This document shows, one piece after another, positions 1 through 12,257 of a stretch of 51,696 nt of DNA. The stretch's first letter is position 1; the number at the start of each line of letters is the position of its first letter. The stretch comes from Vitrella brassicaformis CCMP3155 (lineage: Eukaryota > Protista > Chromerida), in contig CDMY01000561.1 of NCBI GenBank assembly GCA_001179505.1, forward strand, positions 1 through 51,696, in the 5' to 3' direction. Below the pieces are notes generated by a model. It had not been told where the DNA came from. It ran no database searches and worked only from the letters and a program-made list of their open reading frames with translations. A program made the position numbers and the translations under genes.

Positions 1-2
1 GG

Positions 3-3000
3 CTACCAACCATCGACCCAAGCAACGACAAGGCAGATGGAATCTCTCTCGCCGTCCACCATGCGACTGCTGTCCACGAAGGCGCACACGAGTGGAACCA
101 TCGTCATTTCCCGTGGGCTGACGTGCGTCATCCTGTGCTGGGCAAGCGGGCCGATGAGGAGGACTACGTGCGGTACGAGAGCACACTCCGCAAGGAGGTC
201 GGCGGGCTTCTGCAAGACCACGTGGTGCTTGGGAACGCCCTGATGCCCGGTGCTGCATCCAGTGCCACCCCATCAGCCAGCCAGTGATTGAGGAGGCAGG
301 CGCACACGAGTGGAATCATCGTCATTTCCCTTGGGCTGACGTGCATCATCCTGTGCTTGGCAAGCGGAGCGATGAGGCCGATTACGTGCGGTACGAGAGC
401 ACTCTCCGCAAGGAGGTCGGCGGGCTTCTGCAAGACCACGTGGTGCTTGGGAACGCCCTGATGCCCGGTGCTGGTTTCCTCGACATCCTGGCGGCGGCAG
501 GAGCGGCTGCAACCGAGAGGGCCCATGCGCCCGGGTCCAAGTCGCACACTGCGGCTATGGTGCACATGGAGGATGTGCTCTTCGAGCGGCCGCTGAGTGT
601 TCCCTCGAAGCCCGAAGAGTCCGGCAGTGCCCTTCCGTGCGTCCGCATTCAGGTCGACAAGAGCGCGGAGAGCGACTGCAGCCGCCCGCCCATGACGGTC
701 GAGATCCTTTCCAAGAGCCAGTCAGAGCAGTCCTTCGCGACGGTCGGGACGGGCCGCGTCGTCAGCATCGACCAGGCGCGCCCCGATGCGTCAGCAATGG
801 CGGTGTGTGCAGCCGAAGAGGAGCTCAAGAGTGCCAAGGAGCGATGCACCCGTGCTGCTGATCTGGAGCTGTTCTACGGCCAGCTGTCTCAGGTGGGACT
901 CCGCTACGGCCCCCGATTCCAGACCGTGAGCGACCTCCAGGATGGGAGCAGACAAGGTCTCTCTTGGGCGCTGCGACGCGTCTGAGAAGCTGTGGAGTCA
1001 CGTCAGGCTGGTCAAGCGGGACGAGATGGGAGCGACAATCGACTTAACCCTGCATGACAGCACGGGTCAGGTGCTGGCGGCCATCAAGCACCTCAACTTG
1101 CGCCAGATGGACGCGACGCCCGTCGCAGAGATCCCCAAGGAGCTTCTGTGGCACCTGGAGTGGCAACCAGCCCTCACCGACCAAACAACCACCTCGACAA
1201 ACGAGGAGGAGGAGGAGGAAGAGGAGGACGACAACCAGGAGGAGATAGAGGCACGCGAGAGCCAACCAACTGACACGCAAGAGGCAGAGTCAACTCCGCC
1301 CATGCGGTGCCTCGTCTTCGGCATGTCCTCCGAGCTCAAGAGTGACTTGGCCAGCAGTGGAGCAGAGGCCAGAGTCGGCCTTGGCCTGGCCCCCGAATCA
1401 AGGCTGCTGGCCTTCGGTGAGCTGCCCAGCGATTCCGAGCTGGAGGCTCTCTTGGCGGCCCAGGAAGATGAAGCGACGGGACGTCAGTATCTGTGGGATG
1501 CCATTCTGTACCTGGGAGGGCTGCTGAGGCGACAAGAGGCGAGCGAAGTCGACGTCCTGAACGAAGCACTTTGCCTGACGCAAGCGATGCTGGCGCTGGG
1601 TCGGAAGGTGCGGCAGAATGCTCCTCCGATGTGGCTCGTGACGTCTGGCGTCGCGCAGCCATCAGAGGAGCAGAGTGCGGCAGACCTCGACTTGGTGGCG
1701 CATGCGGGTCTGTGGGGCTTTGCCAAGAGCGCTCGATTGGAGCTGGAAGCCAACATCGGCAGACGAATCCAGCTTGGCTGTATCGACCTGCACACCGCTG
1801 GGTCTCATCAGGTGGACCCCTCGAGTGTGGCCTCGCTCATCGCAACCGTGCAGACGGAGAAGCGAAAGCCGCCGAATGCTTATGAGAGCGAGATCATGAC
1901 GCGTGGTGAGGCTGACAAGCCGAGCGTCCTCTACTCCCGCCTCAGGAAGTCGGCATTGCCTGTGAGAGGCGCCATGGAGCTGTTCTTGCCTCGCCGCGGA
2001 GCCCTGAGCAACCTGAAGCTTCGCCCACTGGCCGAAGCCTCGCGCATCGCCCCCCCTGCTGGCTGCGTGGAGGTGCGTGTGCGTGCGGTTGGTTTGAATT
2101 TCCGTGACGTGTTGAACGTGATGGGTCTGTATCCTGGTGACCCGGGTCCGCCTGGCGGCGATTGCTCGGGGACGGTCGTGAGTGTTGGAGCGGGTGTGAC
2201 GCATCTGAGTGTGGGCGATGATGTGTACGGTGTTGCACCCGGGTGTCTGCGGACGTATGTGGCCACGGATGCCCACTTGATGGCCATCAAGCCGGTGACC
2301 ATGTCGTTCGAGCAAGCCGCGGCGCTGCCAGTCGTCTTCGTCACGGTCCAAGTGGCCTTCAGGGAGCTCGCCAAGGTCACAAAGGGCGACAAGGTGCTCG
2401 TGCACGTGGCGACGGGAGGGGTGGGCTTGGCCGCTCTGCAGTACTGCCAGCAAGTGGGAGCGACCGTGTTTGCGACGGCCGGCAGTGAGGCGAAACGGGA
2501 CTACCTGCGCCAGACGTGTGGCGTCCAGTACGTGACCACATCGCGTGACGCCAAGCAGTTCAAGGAGGACATGCTGTCGTTCCTGGGGGGCGCCAGTAGT
2601 GGCAAGATCGATGTGGTCCTCAACTCGTTGATCGACGACTACATTCCCTTCTCTCTTGACCTCATGGCGCCCAACGGCCGCTTCATGGAGCTCGGCAAGC
2701 GCGAGACCTGGACCAAGGACAAGGTCGCCGAAAAGAGGCCCGACGTCATGTACGAGCTCATCGCCGTCGATCGGTTCATTGAGGAGAACCCCTTGAGGGT
2801 CGAGACCATCCTGCAGGACATCTCCGCCGGAATCGCTGCCAGGAGGCTGCAACCTCTTCCCCTGCACGTCTTCGACATGACCAGTCAAGACCAGCATGTG
2901 GGCGGTGTTGCCGGCTTCCGCTTCCTGCAGCGGGCGCAGCACATCGGCAAAGTTGTTCTGAGCGTGCCGACCGCCATCCAAGTCGAAACCGTCGCTTCTT

Positions 3001-6000
3001 CACAGGGCAGCGGCAGCTACGTCATCACCGGCGGCTCTGGCGGCTTGGGTCTCTTGCTGGCCGACTGGCTGGTACATGAAGGAGCTAAGCACATCGTTTT
3101 GCTGTCGAGACGAGGCAAGCCGTCAGCTGCTGTGGCTGCCACGGACCTTTGGCAACGCCTCACGGCAGCGTCCAACACATCCTTCAAGGTCCACTCCGTT
3201 GCCGCGGATGTGTCCAGGAAGGACGACTGCGAGAGGTTGTTCCAGCAAGTGGCGGAGAGCATCCCTGATGCGCCAGTCAAGGGCATCTTCCACGCCGCTG
3301 GTGTGCTGGAAGACGCAACGCTCAACAACCAGACGAAGGACAACATCACTAAAGTCTACCTGCCAAAGGTGAGACGAGCACATGGATCCACTGGGGTCTT
3401 GACATCAATCTCTTGCGTATTTGTTGCCTTAGGTCATGGGAGCCTGGTATCTTCACGAGCTATCCCAGACATTGCCTCTGCATCTCGACCACTTCATGCT
3501 GTTTTCATCGGTGGCGTCCCTTCTGGGCAACTTCGGCCAGAGCAACTACTCGGCAGCCAATGCCTGCCTTGACGCACTGACGGTCCATCGACGGTCGAGG
3601 GGACTGGCCGCTCAGTCCATTCAGTGGGGCCCGTGGGTTGAACAAGGCATGGCGGCCAAGCTCCGCCAGCATCTCGACAAGGTGGGCATCAAGGGCATCT
3701 CCAACGAGCTGGGACTACGCGTCATGGGCGACGTCATGAGCCACCAGCTGGCGACGGCCAGCCGGCCAGGAGTGGGCGTCATCGGTTGTCAGGCCCTCAA
3801 CTGGCCAGTCTTCTTGAGGCGCCACGAGACGGTGCCGAGCCTCTTTGCCGACATCCCCATGGCATCCACGGCAGCCGCTGACGGCAAGGGCAGCCTCGAT
3901 CTGAGCAGGATGAGCAGAGACGATCTGGGAGACATCCTGTGCTCACTCGCCGAGGAGGTGGCAGGGTCCGGTGAGAGGCCGGAGCCCGATGCGCCTCTGA
4001 TGGAGCTCGGGTTCGACTCGCTCGGCGCCGTCGAGTTCCGCAACGCCATCGCAGACATGACAGGCGTCAAGCTGCCACAGTCCCTGGTGTTCGAGAATCC
4101 CAGCATCAACGACCTCGCCGACTTCATCCTGAGCAGAGCGGCAACCAAGAGCAAAGACGAGCCGTCAGATGAGGCGGCGGAGGGAGCTGACGGGCAGAAG
4201 ACCACCGCAGAAGCCATCGCGAGCGTCACTGGCATCCCGGCCGACATCATGTCGCTGACGGTGGAGGAGTGGCTGCGCTTCACCTTCTCTAAGAACAAGC
4301 GCTACTTCCAGTACGTCGACGCCTTCGAGAACAAATACCCGTCAGTCGACGCCATGTCTAAGGAGAGCGACGTCCACGGAGCCATAAGGTCCCTCAACGT
4401 CAAGAATGCAGACGATACGCAGCTGATCGCGGCCGCGTGGGAAAGGCTGATCAGCGCTGACACCACGGAGGCCAAGCCTGGCAGGAAGCAGAAGACCCCA
4501 GACGTGTACGAGGACATGAAGATGCTGTCCAGTTGGCTCGACGCCGAGATTGCAGGACGCATCAAGTCAGCTCTTCCACCGGTGCCCCAGAGCCAGGTTC
4601 GCCGTGTCCTGCTGACCGGCGTGACGGGCTTTGTGGGTCGCTGCCAACTGGTGACACTGCTCGAGAGGGAGAAGCCTGGCAAGCTCTTCGTGTACTGCCT
4701 CGTGCGCGCCTCTAGCGTCGAGCACGGCCTGCAGCGAATCCGTCAGGCCTGCACTGAGGCGAGGATATGGCGGGAGGAGTTTACCGAGAGGATCGAGGTG
4801 CTGCCTGGCGACTTCACGCTTCAGGACTTCGGACTGGGAGAGGAGAAATTCCAAGAGCTGTGCCGCTCGATCGACATGGTAAGGAACAAATGGCAACCAT
4901 GTCGATGGTAGGGTCATAATCCTCTGTTGCGTTCTGTCTTCAGGTTTACCACACCGGTGCCGATGTGAATCTGATGAACAACTACGCCAAGCTGCGTCAC
5001 ACCAACACTCTGGCCATGAAGGGCGTCATCCGCCTCTGCGCAACACACAGACTCAAGGAGCTCCACCACACGTCGACCCTTGGCGTCTTCCCGGTACCCA
5101 TACACACACACGAGTGTCGCCTATCCTATGTGTGGATGCATCTGTATCATCCATCATGTGTGTGATGCGAATGGACCTTTAGGCGTTCTACGCGGCGTTC
5201 GGTCAAGAGTTCAGCCGCATGAGCCCCATCATGGAGGGTGTCTCGCCGGACGAGAAGGAGATGAAGAAGTTCTTCCCTCCAACCGCCATCGGGTACCCCT
5301 GGAGCAAGTGGGCCACCGAGCAGACACTCCGCAAGGCCCGCGACATGGGCCTTCCTCTCTGCATCTACCGCCTGCCCAACACCAACCTCAGCCTGCGCAC
5401 GGGCTTCACCAACCGCACGGACTACCTCACGGCCCTCATGGTGTCCTCCATGCAAGAGGGCATGTTCCCTATCGGAGCCACAGCTGCGCCATTCACACCC
5501 GCAGGTGAGAATCGAATCGCACGTCAAAATGCTTCCCGCGCTGGGACAGCCAGCACAGATAGATTCTCTCACTATCTGGTTTGTGCCTTGTTCGTTCGTT
5601 CTGTGCAGACACCATATCTGAGATGTTGGTTGAGGCGTCCTTCCTTGAGAATCGCAAGCACTGGTTCTACCACCTGGTGGATGCTACCGTCGTCACAAGG
5701 TCAGTCAGGCACCATGTCCACCCTAAGGCACGACAGCACTGGGACATTTTGTCTTCGCCCTGTTGTGTGTGCAGGCACGAGCTGGAGCGGTGGTCAGCTG
5801 ACATGGGCGTGAGCTATCGCGGTGTGCAGTACCAAGAGTTCCTCAATGCCGTCAAGGAGAGAGGCCGGGCCTCGCCGATCCATCGATTCGTACCACTCAT
5901 GCAGGTAAACAGTGAAAAAACGAATGGTGCAAGGAAGTAGGGGATACATTTGGTTGTTGTCCCGTTCAGCATTGGCGTCGGTATTGGTTTGACTCTGAGG

Positions 6001-7783
6001 AGCGGACCGAGCCGCTGCCAATCAGCAACAAACACATCTTCGAGGATCTGCCCAACTTCAAGTGGCCCAGTGGCCGCGACGTCTTCCAGGCATCCTTCAT
6101 GGTGAGGGAGGGAGACAGACATACCAGCTCACACACAGTCAGACTGACCTGGCTGGACGTGGTGCTTTTGCCCGCCTTCCTTCAGTACTCGTGCGAGGCT
6201 CGTTTCTTCATGCCCAACTCCAAGTCGATCGGGATGGTTGCCGATGACATGGTGGCACTGGCCAAGAAGAACGCGGGCCTCGACACACTGCCGCACGGGC
6301 TGCCTGGCGGCGACGCATTCTTCACCCAGCCCATCCGATCCCTCACGGACAGCGCCAGAGAGGACGTCAAGCTGAGCTTCTTCGGGCAGTTTGCACTCTC
6401 CCGGAGTGTGCACCAGCTGCTCAAGAACGCCCTCTTCCTCCAGGCCATGGAGCAGCAGCACCCCGACATCCTGCGCCAGCCCATCTCTCAGCCGCTCGTC
6501 ATCGTGGGGCCTGATGTGCTCAGCACCACCTTCCTCCAGCTGCTCATGGCACAGGACCCGTCGAATCGCGTGCCACGCTTCTGCGAGGTCAACTTCCCCT
6601 ACGGCGAAGACGGATCTTTCAGACCGGAACCACTACCCAATAACGCTCCGTGGGAACAGGTACGCATGCACATCATACCACCCAGCAATGGGGCCTGGGC
6701 CGATCGATCGATGATTCGTGTGCGTGTCTTGTTTTGTTTCGTCCTGCAGGATCCTCGGATGGCGGCCGCCCAGCGGCTGCTCGAGTCCTCTCCCATGCTG
6801 GGCAACGAGTACACGTCCATCCTCCCTCGCAGCGGCGACATGCCCGACGACGACACGGCCATATTCGAACACTCACTCCGCGCACACACCTTCTGCATGG
6901 GGTATGGCGCGCCGTCGTATGGCGAGTGGCTCAAGGCGTCTGATGGCACGGAGATCAAGAAGGGCTATGCAATGCACAAGAGGTTCCTGCAGCACCTGCA
7001 GTGGCAGCGGGCGGGCGATCGGTGGGTGCTCAAGATGCCCGCACACATGCTGGCTCTTGACGCGCTCTTCGAGACCTACCCGGATGCACGGGTCATCTTC
7101 CTCCACAGGTGAGTGAGGATGGGAAGCCACACACATAGGAGATCTGTGGCATCCCTCTCATGTCTTCCTCTGCTGTTGATTTGCTTTGCCATTTCAGAGA
7201 CCCCAAGGTTGCCCTCGGACCTGTCTGCAAGATCGTCAGCTCTGTGCGCGAGAAGCTCATGGACGACGCTGACGTCACGGTGACGAGCCATCAGCAGGCG
7301 GAACTCATGGCCGAGATGGTCAACACGGCCGCCGCCTTCCGCAGGGACCACCCCGCACTGAAGGGCCGGTTCGTCGACGTGACGCATGACGCGCTTCTCC
7401 GCGACCCCGTCGGGACGCTCAAGAAGGTGTACCGCCAGTGTGGGCTGTCGATGTCTCGCCGCGCCTCCCACTCCATGTGGGAGTTCATCAACCAGCACCG
7501 CGACAAGCGAGACCAGCTCTTCAGACAGGTGGAGCCCCTCGACCAGTTTGGCATCGACGAGGACGAGCTGGACGAGGCCCTCCAGCCGTACCATGACAGC
7601 CGGCAGGTGCAGCAGGCGAGGCGGGGCTTCTCGCGTCTGCTGCCCACGTGCGGGGCCAACATGAGACGGCCACCGAGTCGAGGAGAGAGGCGGGGTCTCA
7701 CGCTGCCGTCGCTGCCGAGGCTGCCAAGCATGCCCAAACGGCGCAGCGAATCGTACCGACAGGACAAGTCGAGCCTGCAGTAG
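3..7783 (+). CDS. Type I modular polyketide/fatty-acid synthase, 3' part (5' end outside window): DH(disrupted)-ER-KR-ACP-SAM-like-thioester reductase-sulfotransferase-like; multi-exon
   Basis: DH HxxxGxxxxP (QDHVVLGNALMPGAG); ER (RAVGLNFRDV, HVATGGVGLAA, HIGKVVL); KR (ITGGSGGLG, HAAGVLED, FSSVAS..GQSNYSAAN); ACP (GFDSLGAVEFRN); reductase (LLTGVTGFVG, GYPWSKW); ST-like (WVLKMPAH, IFLHR/DP). In-frame GT-AG introns include 3369-3432, 4879-4943 and 6102-6185. Stop TAG at 7781-7783. The frame is disrupted near 255 and 941. Confidence 0.92.
81..473 (+). repeat. Diverged direct repeat of 175 bp (81-255 and 299-473, period 218 bp) covering the post-AT linker and DH N-terminus
   Basis: Manual alignment gives 10 mismatches, all in the first 105 bp; the last 70 bp are identical. 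Confidence 0.95.
4600..5903 (+). other. Thioester reductase (NAD-binding/extended SDR) release domain of the PKS
   Basis: RRVLLTGVTGFVG, VYCLVRA, EVLPGDFT, VYHTGADVN..NYAKLRHTN, HTSTLGVF, GYPWSKWATE (YxxSK), IYRLP. Confidence 0.88.
6186..7783 (+). other. C-terminal sulfotransferase-like domain (bacterial Sulfotransfer_3/Stf-type) of the PKS
   Basis: QPISQPLVIVG..STTFLQLLMAQDP..R, PDDD..IFEHS, HKRFLQHLQWQ..RWVLKMPAH..LDALFETYPDARVIFLHRDP, FVDVTHDALLRDPVGTLKKVY, H.Y-like tail region LDQFGID. Confidence 0.8.
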
Positions 7784-9298
7784 TCATGTAGGTAGAGAGA
7801 GGTGCTGAGGTGCTGTAGAGTGTAGGTCTGTCTGTAGTGTTTAAGAAAATTTCTCTGTAGTGTCACATGCATACATCACATCAACCAGTCTGACGTCAAG
7901 GGAGGGAGGGCATTCCACGGGTTGGGTTGGGTTGGGTTGGGTGATCACTGTGTTGTCGTGTAGCCATCCACCCACCTCCCTGTGCACACGGCTAAGCCAT
8001 TCATATATTAGCCGTCAGGCGTGCCATGCGGTCTGTTTCTGTCCTTCTCTGTGGCCTATGTTTTTCGTACTTTAGTTTCGTATGCATGGATAATTCTGTT
8101 CGTGTGTCCCATCTGTCTGTCTGTCTGTCTGTGTGTCTGTTTGGCTCAATGAAGGTGGGTTCGGCAGAAAGGTATCTGAGTATTGGTCCGCTCAGAGGAG
8201 AGCACGCTCGGTGGATGTGGACTGCGAACGCGGGGGGAGCACGATGGTTTCAGTTTGTGAGCAGTGAGTTGATGTCGTGTTGTTTTGAGGCAATCGCACC
8301 TTCCGTCCCCTGTGCTGAAATCGCAGCCATGTATGGACGAAGCTGACGAAGCTTCCGACACCTTTTGCCATACCATCCACCAGCTGTTCTGTGCTCTCGT
8401 GTGTGGTGTGCCTGCCTGATACGTATGTGACGCGTGTGTGTGGTGTGTACAGAGTGTGTGGCGTGTGTGATGTGTACGTGCTGTGTGTGGTGTCTGCATG
8501 TCGTGCCGGCCGGCCATGGGCTGCATCGGTGATTGTGATGGTGCATCGCCCGGGTGGCCACACCAGGCCTGTGGGGGTGTCTCTTGAGCGTCCATGCCAC
8601 GGTTGCTGATCGATATTGTTATTTGTGCTGAATGCCGGTACATGACCAGCCAGCTCATACATAGGGCATCCATCCGTTCTGCATTCCGCCCTGCGTGTTG
8701 CCTCTATCTCGTTGTGCTAGACCACACTGCCAACCGCTCGCCGTACTCACCACCCACAATGCGAGCAACTCTGCACGGTGGTGTCTGTCTGTCTTGTGAC
8801 CGTGCTTTTTCCCATTGTCTTTATCGTGCTGTGTCGTACGGTGTTCTTTTTACTTATTTATTGGCGGTGCGAGTAAAGGGCAAAGGAGGGAGGACACGCA
8901 AGCAACACATGTGAATATGAAGATATGACGGGCGTGAGCTGGCTCGACTGTTGTTGACCTGACCTGAGCTGACGGGATGCGATCATTTTTCTCTGAGGAT
9001 AGATCCATGAGATGCAGCCGTTCGGTGGACGCATCGCATCACCCACCCCACCCCACCCTTGCATGTCAGGTGTGTGGGAAAATTTATCTGTGGATATCCG
9101 TGCCATGTATGTGTGTGTGTGTGTGCGTCTTGTGCGTGCTGTGTCTGCGTCTTGTGCGCGCGTGTCGTGTGTGCGTGAAGAGACGGACAATTCTGTGATT
9201 TTCGTGGCGCACTTGTCGTTCGTCGCCAGGAGGGCACAAAGACTGTGAGCTGACGGCATGCCTTGTAAGTGAAGCCAACGACTTATTACCCATCCATA

Positions 9299-11134
9299 TC
9301 AACACAGAGAGACAAAATCCCATACACTCCTTGGCGCATCACATGCTGCAGTGCCGTGCTCATCATCACAGTCAAGGTAGGGCGGCAGCAAGTCCATGCT
9401 CTTCAAGTACGCTCGATTGTGGAACTTCGACAGATGTCTCATCCCACTGTCGCACAGTATCGTCACAAGCACTGCTCCGCTGTCTCGCGGAATCGCCCCT
9501 GACATGACCGCTTTCACCACACCGACGCAGTTGCATGAAGCGGACGAGCCCACAAACAGGCCTGACAACACAACACAATGCAAGACAGCTGGGTGCAGGT
9601 ATGCGACAGACACACACAGGCCCCTGACCGTCTTGCCGCAGAAGGTATTGGCTCATGGCGACTGCCTCTTCGTCAGTGACCCTAAACGCGTCGACAAGGG
9701 ACAGCAGCTGATGACCCCGCAGAGACCAGTGTCGGCCCGCCTCCTTCCCTCCCTCCGTCTCTCGGTCCGTCCCTCCCTCACCTGAATGCCTCGTCGATGA
9801 AGGGCACCGCCAGCTCGAAGTTCCTCGTCAATCGATTGAGCCCAATGCCCTCTGCGATGGTGTCAAAGATGATCCGTCTGCGGTACCCCTCTCTGTCCTC
9901 CCTCGTCCACAACACACCAAGACTCGCCTGCATCATACATGTGGGTGAGACAACAACCAGACACACACCGGGGTGTGTGTGTGTGTGTGTGTGATGGGCG
10001 TCCTTTCGAAATATCGCACCTTTCCTGCGAGTGCTGATCCTGGGGGGTCCGCAAGGATGATCTTCACATCAGGGTTGTGAGCTGCAGTGCACATAACACT
10101 CATTTCGCATTCAGCACCCACATAGCAGGCAACAGACTGCTGTACCTTTCAGTCTTGCGCCGACACCTCCGATTGTCCCGCCAGTTCCTGCTGCAGACAC
10201 GAACGCGTCCACCTTGCCGTTGGTCTGCCGCAGGATCTCCTCCCCTGTGCCGCTGAAGTGAGCCAAGAAATTGGCCGTGTTCTCAAACTGATTCGCAAAG
10301 AATCCCCTGCCTGCGTTGATGGATGCACACAGACACACGGACAGCGCACGGGCAGACTGTGGTCTTGTTCCACGGTCCCGCTGTCTCACCTCACCTTCAA
10401 GGGCTGGATCATCCGCGGCGTTCTCGGCCGCCCTGCAGTAGTGTGATGGATCAGCCATCGATACGTTCTTGCAGTGAGCCACCCGGGCCCCCAGACTCCG
10501 CAGCGTGTCGGTCTTCTCCTGCGCCTGGTCGTCAGGCATGAATATGCAGCACTGATACTTCTTGGCGTTGCACACCAGCGCCAGGCTGATGCCAGTGGAG
10601 CCGCTGGTGCCCTCAAACACACAGCCGCCTGTATGCCAGACAGACAGACAGAGCATACACACAGGCAATGAATGAATGCATCGCACCCTTCCTTCATGGC
10701 CCTGTCTGTCCTCACCTTGCCTGAGGCGTTCCTCTCTTTCTGCCGTCTCGATGATTGACTTGGCCACACGGTCCTTGACGCTCCCTCCCGGATTCAGGAA
10801 TTCACACTTGGCGAGCACTGTACATCCAAGATCTCTCGACAGGCTGCAGCCAGGCAACACACTTGTGTGAATGAGTCTACATGTCAGATGGCTGTGCCCA
10901 CCTCTCGATTCTGATCAGCGGCGTGTTGCCAATGAGGCCCAGAAACCCACCCGGAATGTCGTCAGGCAAGCATCCTCGTCCCGTGAGCCGCCGCAGCCAC
11001 GAGCGGATGAGTCCAATCCATGATGTGACGCGACGGAGGCCATCGGGCCTCACGAGAAAGACGGCAGATGCGAGAAGTGCTCCAGCGGCACCGAGGCGCC
11101 AGACGTGCTTCGCTGGATCGCCAGAGATCTCCAT
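9299..11134 (-). CDS. Cysteine synthase-like PLP enzyme (N-terminally anchored cysteine synthase 2/MCY1-like subfamily), about 8 exons
   Basis: LIGNTPLIRI, KCEFLNPGGSVKDR (PLP Lys), EGTSGSTGISLA, NQFENTAN, AAGTGGT, DTIAEGIG, LFVGSS, VTILCDSG.RHLSKF; hydrophobic N-terminus; exons join in frame at GT-AG sites. Confidence 0.9.
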
Positions 11135-11619
11135 TTGTTGACTGATCGACCGCTGAGTTTTGAGCGAGCGCGCAGGTGATGGTGCAATGTTGAATGCACA
11201 CGAGTCAGTCAATGAATGAGGCTGCTCACTTGCACACACGTATGGACGCAGGGACACACACGGTTTGCAGTGTCTGTCAACTTACACACCCACTGTACAT
11301 AACAACTCGAGGATATCAGGGAGGGCCAAGAGAGGGAGATGCTGACTGACGTGACTCACACACCCCACCCCACCCCAGCAAACACTCACGTTTACCACCC
11401 CCGAGCCATCCATGAGGCAGATCGGCAGGTCTGCGGGCTGTCAGTCAGTCGGTCTTGAGGTACGCATTAAAACCGTCTTGGGTAGAGAGAGAGGGGGCGA
11501 CCAGGCGGGCGCCGTGCTGGCTGTGTCGTGTGCTCATTTGCCGCTGAGAGAAAGCGAGAGCAGCGTCAGCCAGACGAGAGTCCTCTTGCTCCTGGTGCCC
11601 CCATGTGTGTGGTGAGTGC

Positions 11620-12257
11620 TTACGTGTTCATGATGAGGGTGATGTTCTCCCCCTTGAGCAGTATCCTCCCGACGCTGACCCGCGTCTTCTTCTTGACGTA
11701 CACCTCCTCAGCGTCGTCCAACACCAGATTCATGTACTCGTCAAACCCCTGACACGCACACGCACACAACACACACAAGGCACAGAGAGCAGTGATTCGT
11801 GAAATGGCAAGAATGAACAAACGAACAATTGTTTGCATCTGCCTGCTACCATGCTGACCATAATTCTTCCTTCAATTCTCATGTCGGGTTGTTCGTATAG
11901 CCAGATCTGCACCCTCGCCCGATTCGTCAGATACCGAAATATCTGATTCTGCACACACACGACACCCACAGAGAGGAGAAGCAAATAGAAGCATGAATGA
12001 TGCAGCACAGATCAGCGCACTGGTCGCATCACCTCCTGCCCGCCTGCATCGCCTCCTCTCTGCCTCTCTCATGGTCTGGCTGGCTGGCTGGCTGGCGTGT
12101 CTGCACATCTGTGTAAAGATCTGTGTGCGCAGATCTGCCCGTGTATCAATCTCCCTCCCTCCCTCCCTCCCTCCCTCCCTCCCTCCCGTGCGTGTGTGTG
12201 CGTCCTTACGATGGGCAGGGTCATGATCTTCTGTAGCTTCTTGTTCGACATCGCCAT
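11620..12257 (-). CDS. SNRPE: Small nuclear ribonucleoprotein E (SmE), 3 exons
   Basis: [16 protein letters not shown] / [22 protein letters not shown] / [29 protein letters not shown]. Confidence 0.96.

Noticed and set aside
81-473. Direct repeat as a CRISPR array or LTR
   Set aside because: Only two long copies encoding PKS sequence, in a eukaryotic context, with no terminal-repeat hallmarks.
893-956. Possible 64-bp GT-AG intron that would repair the PKS frameshift
   Set aside because: It would delete the conserved GLRYGPxF motif and still leave the catalytic-Asp helix missing.
1662-2981. 439-aa antisense ORF over the PKS ER domain (and similar antisense ORFs over other genes)
   Set aside because: Shadow ORF expected from GC-rich codon bias; no recognisable motifs.
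7919-7942. (GGGTT)n run as a telomeric remnant
   Set aside because: A perfect pentamer microsatellite like other local SSRs, lacking the heptamer unit.
7800-9290. Numerous His/Thr- or Val/Cys-rich ORFs here and in 32130-33340, 38800-40900 and 43300-44500
   Set aside because: They are translations of CA/TG microsatellites; no consistent exon chain was found.
9680-9800. VDAFR in an intron echoing IDEAFR of the preceding cysteine synthase exon (possible alternative exon)
   Set aside because: The similarity is five codons overlapping the acceptor TTTAG; ordinary splicing explains the frame.
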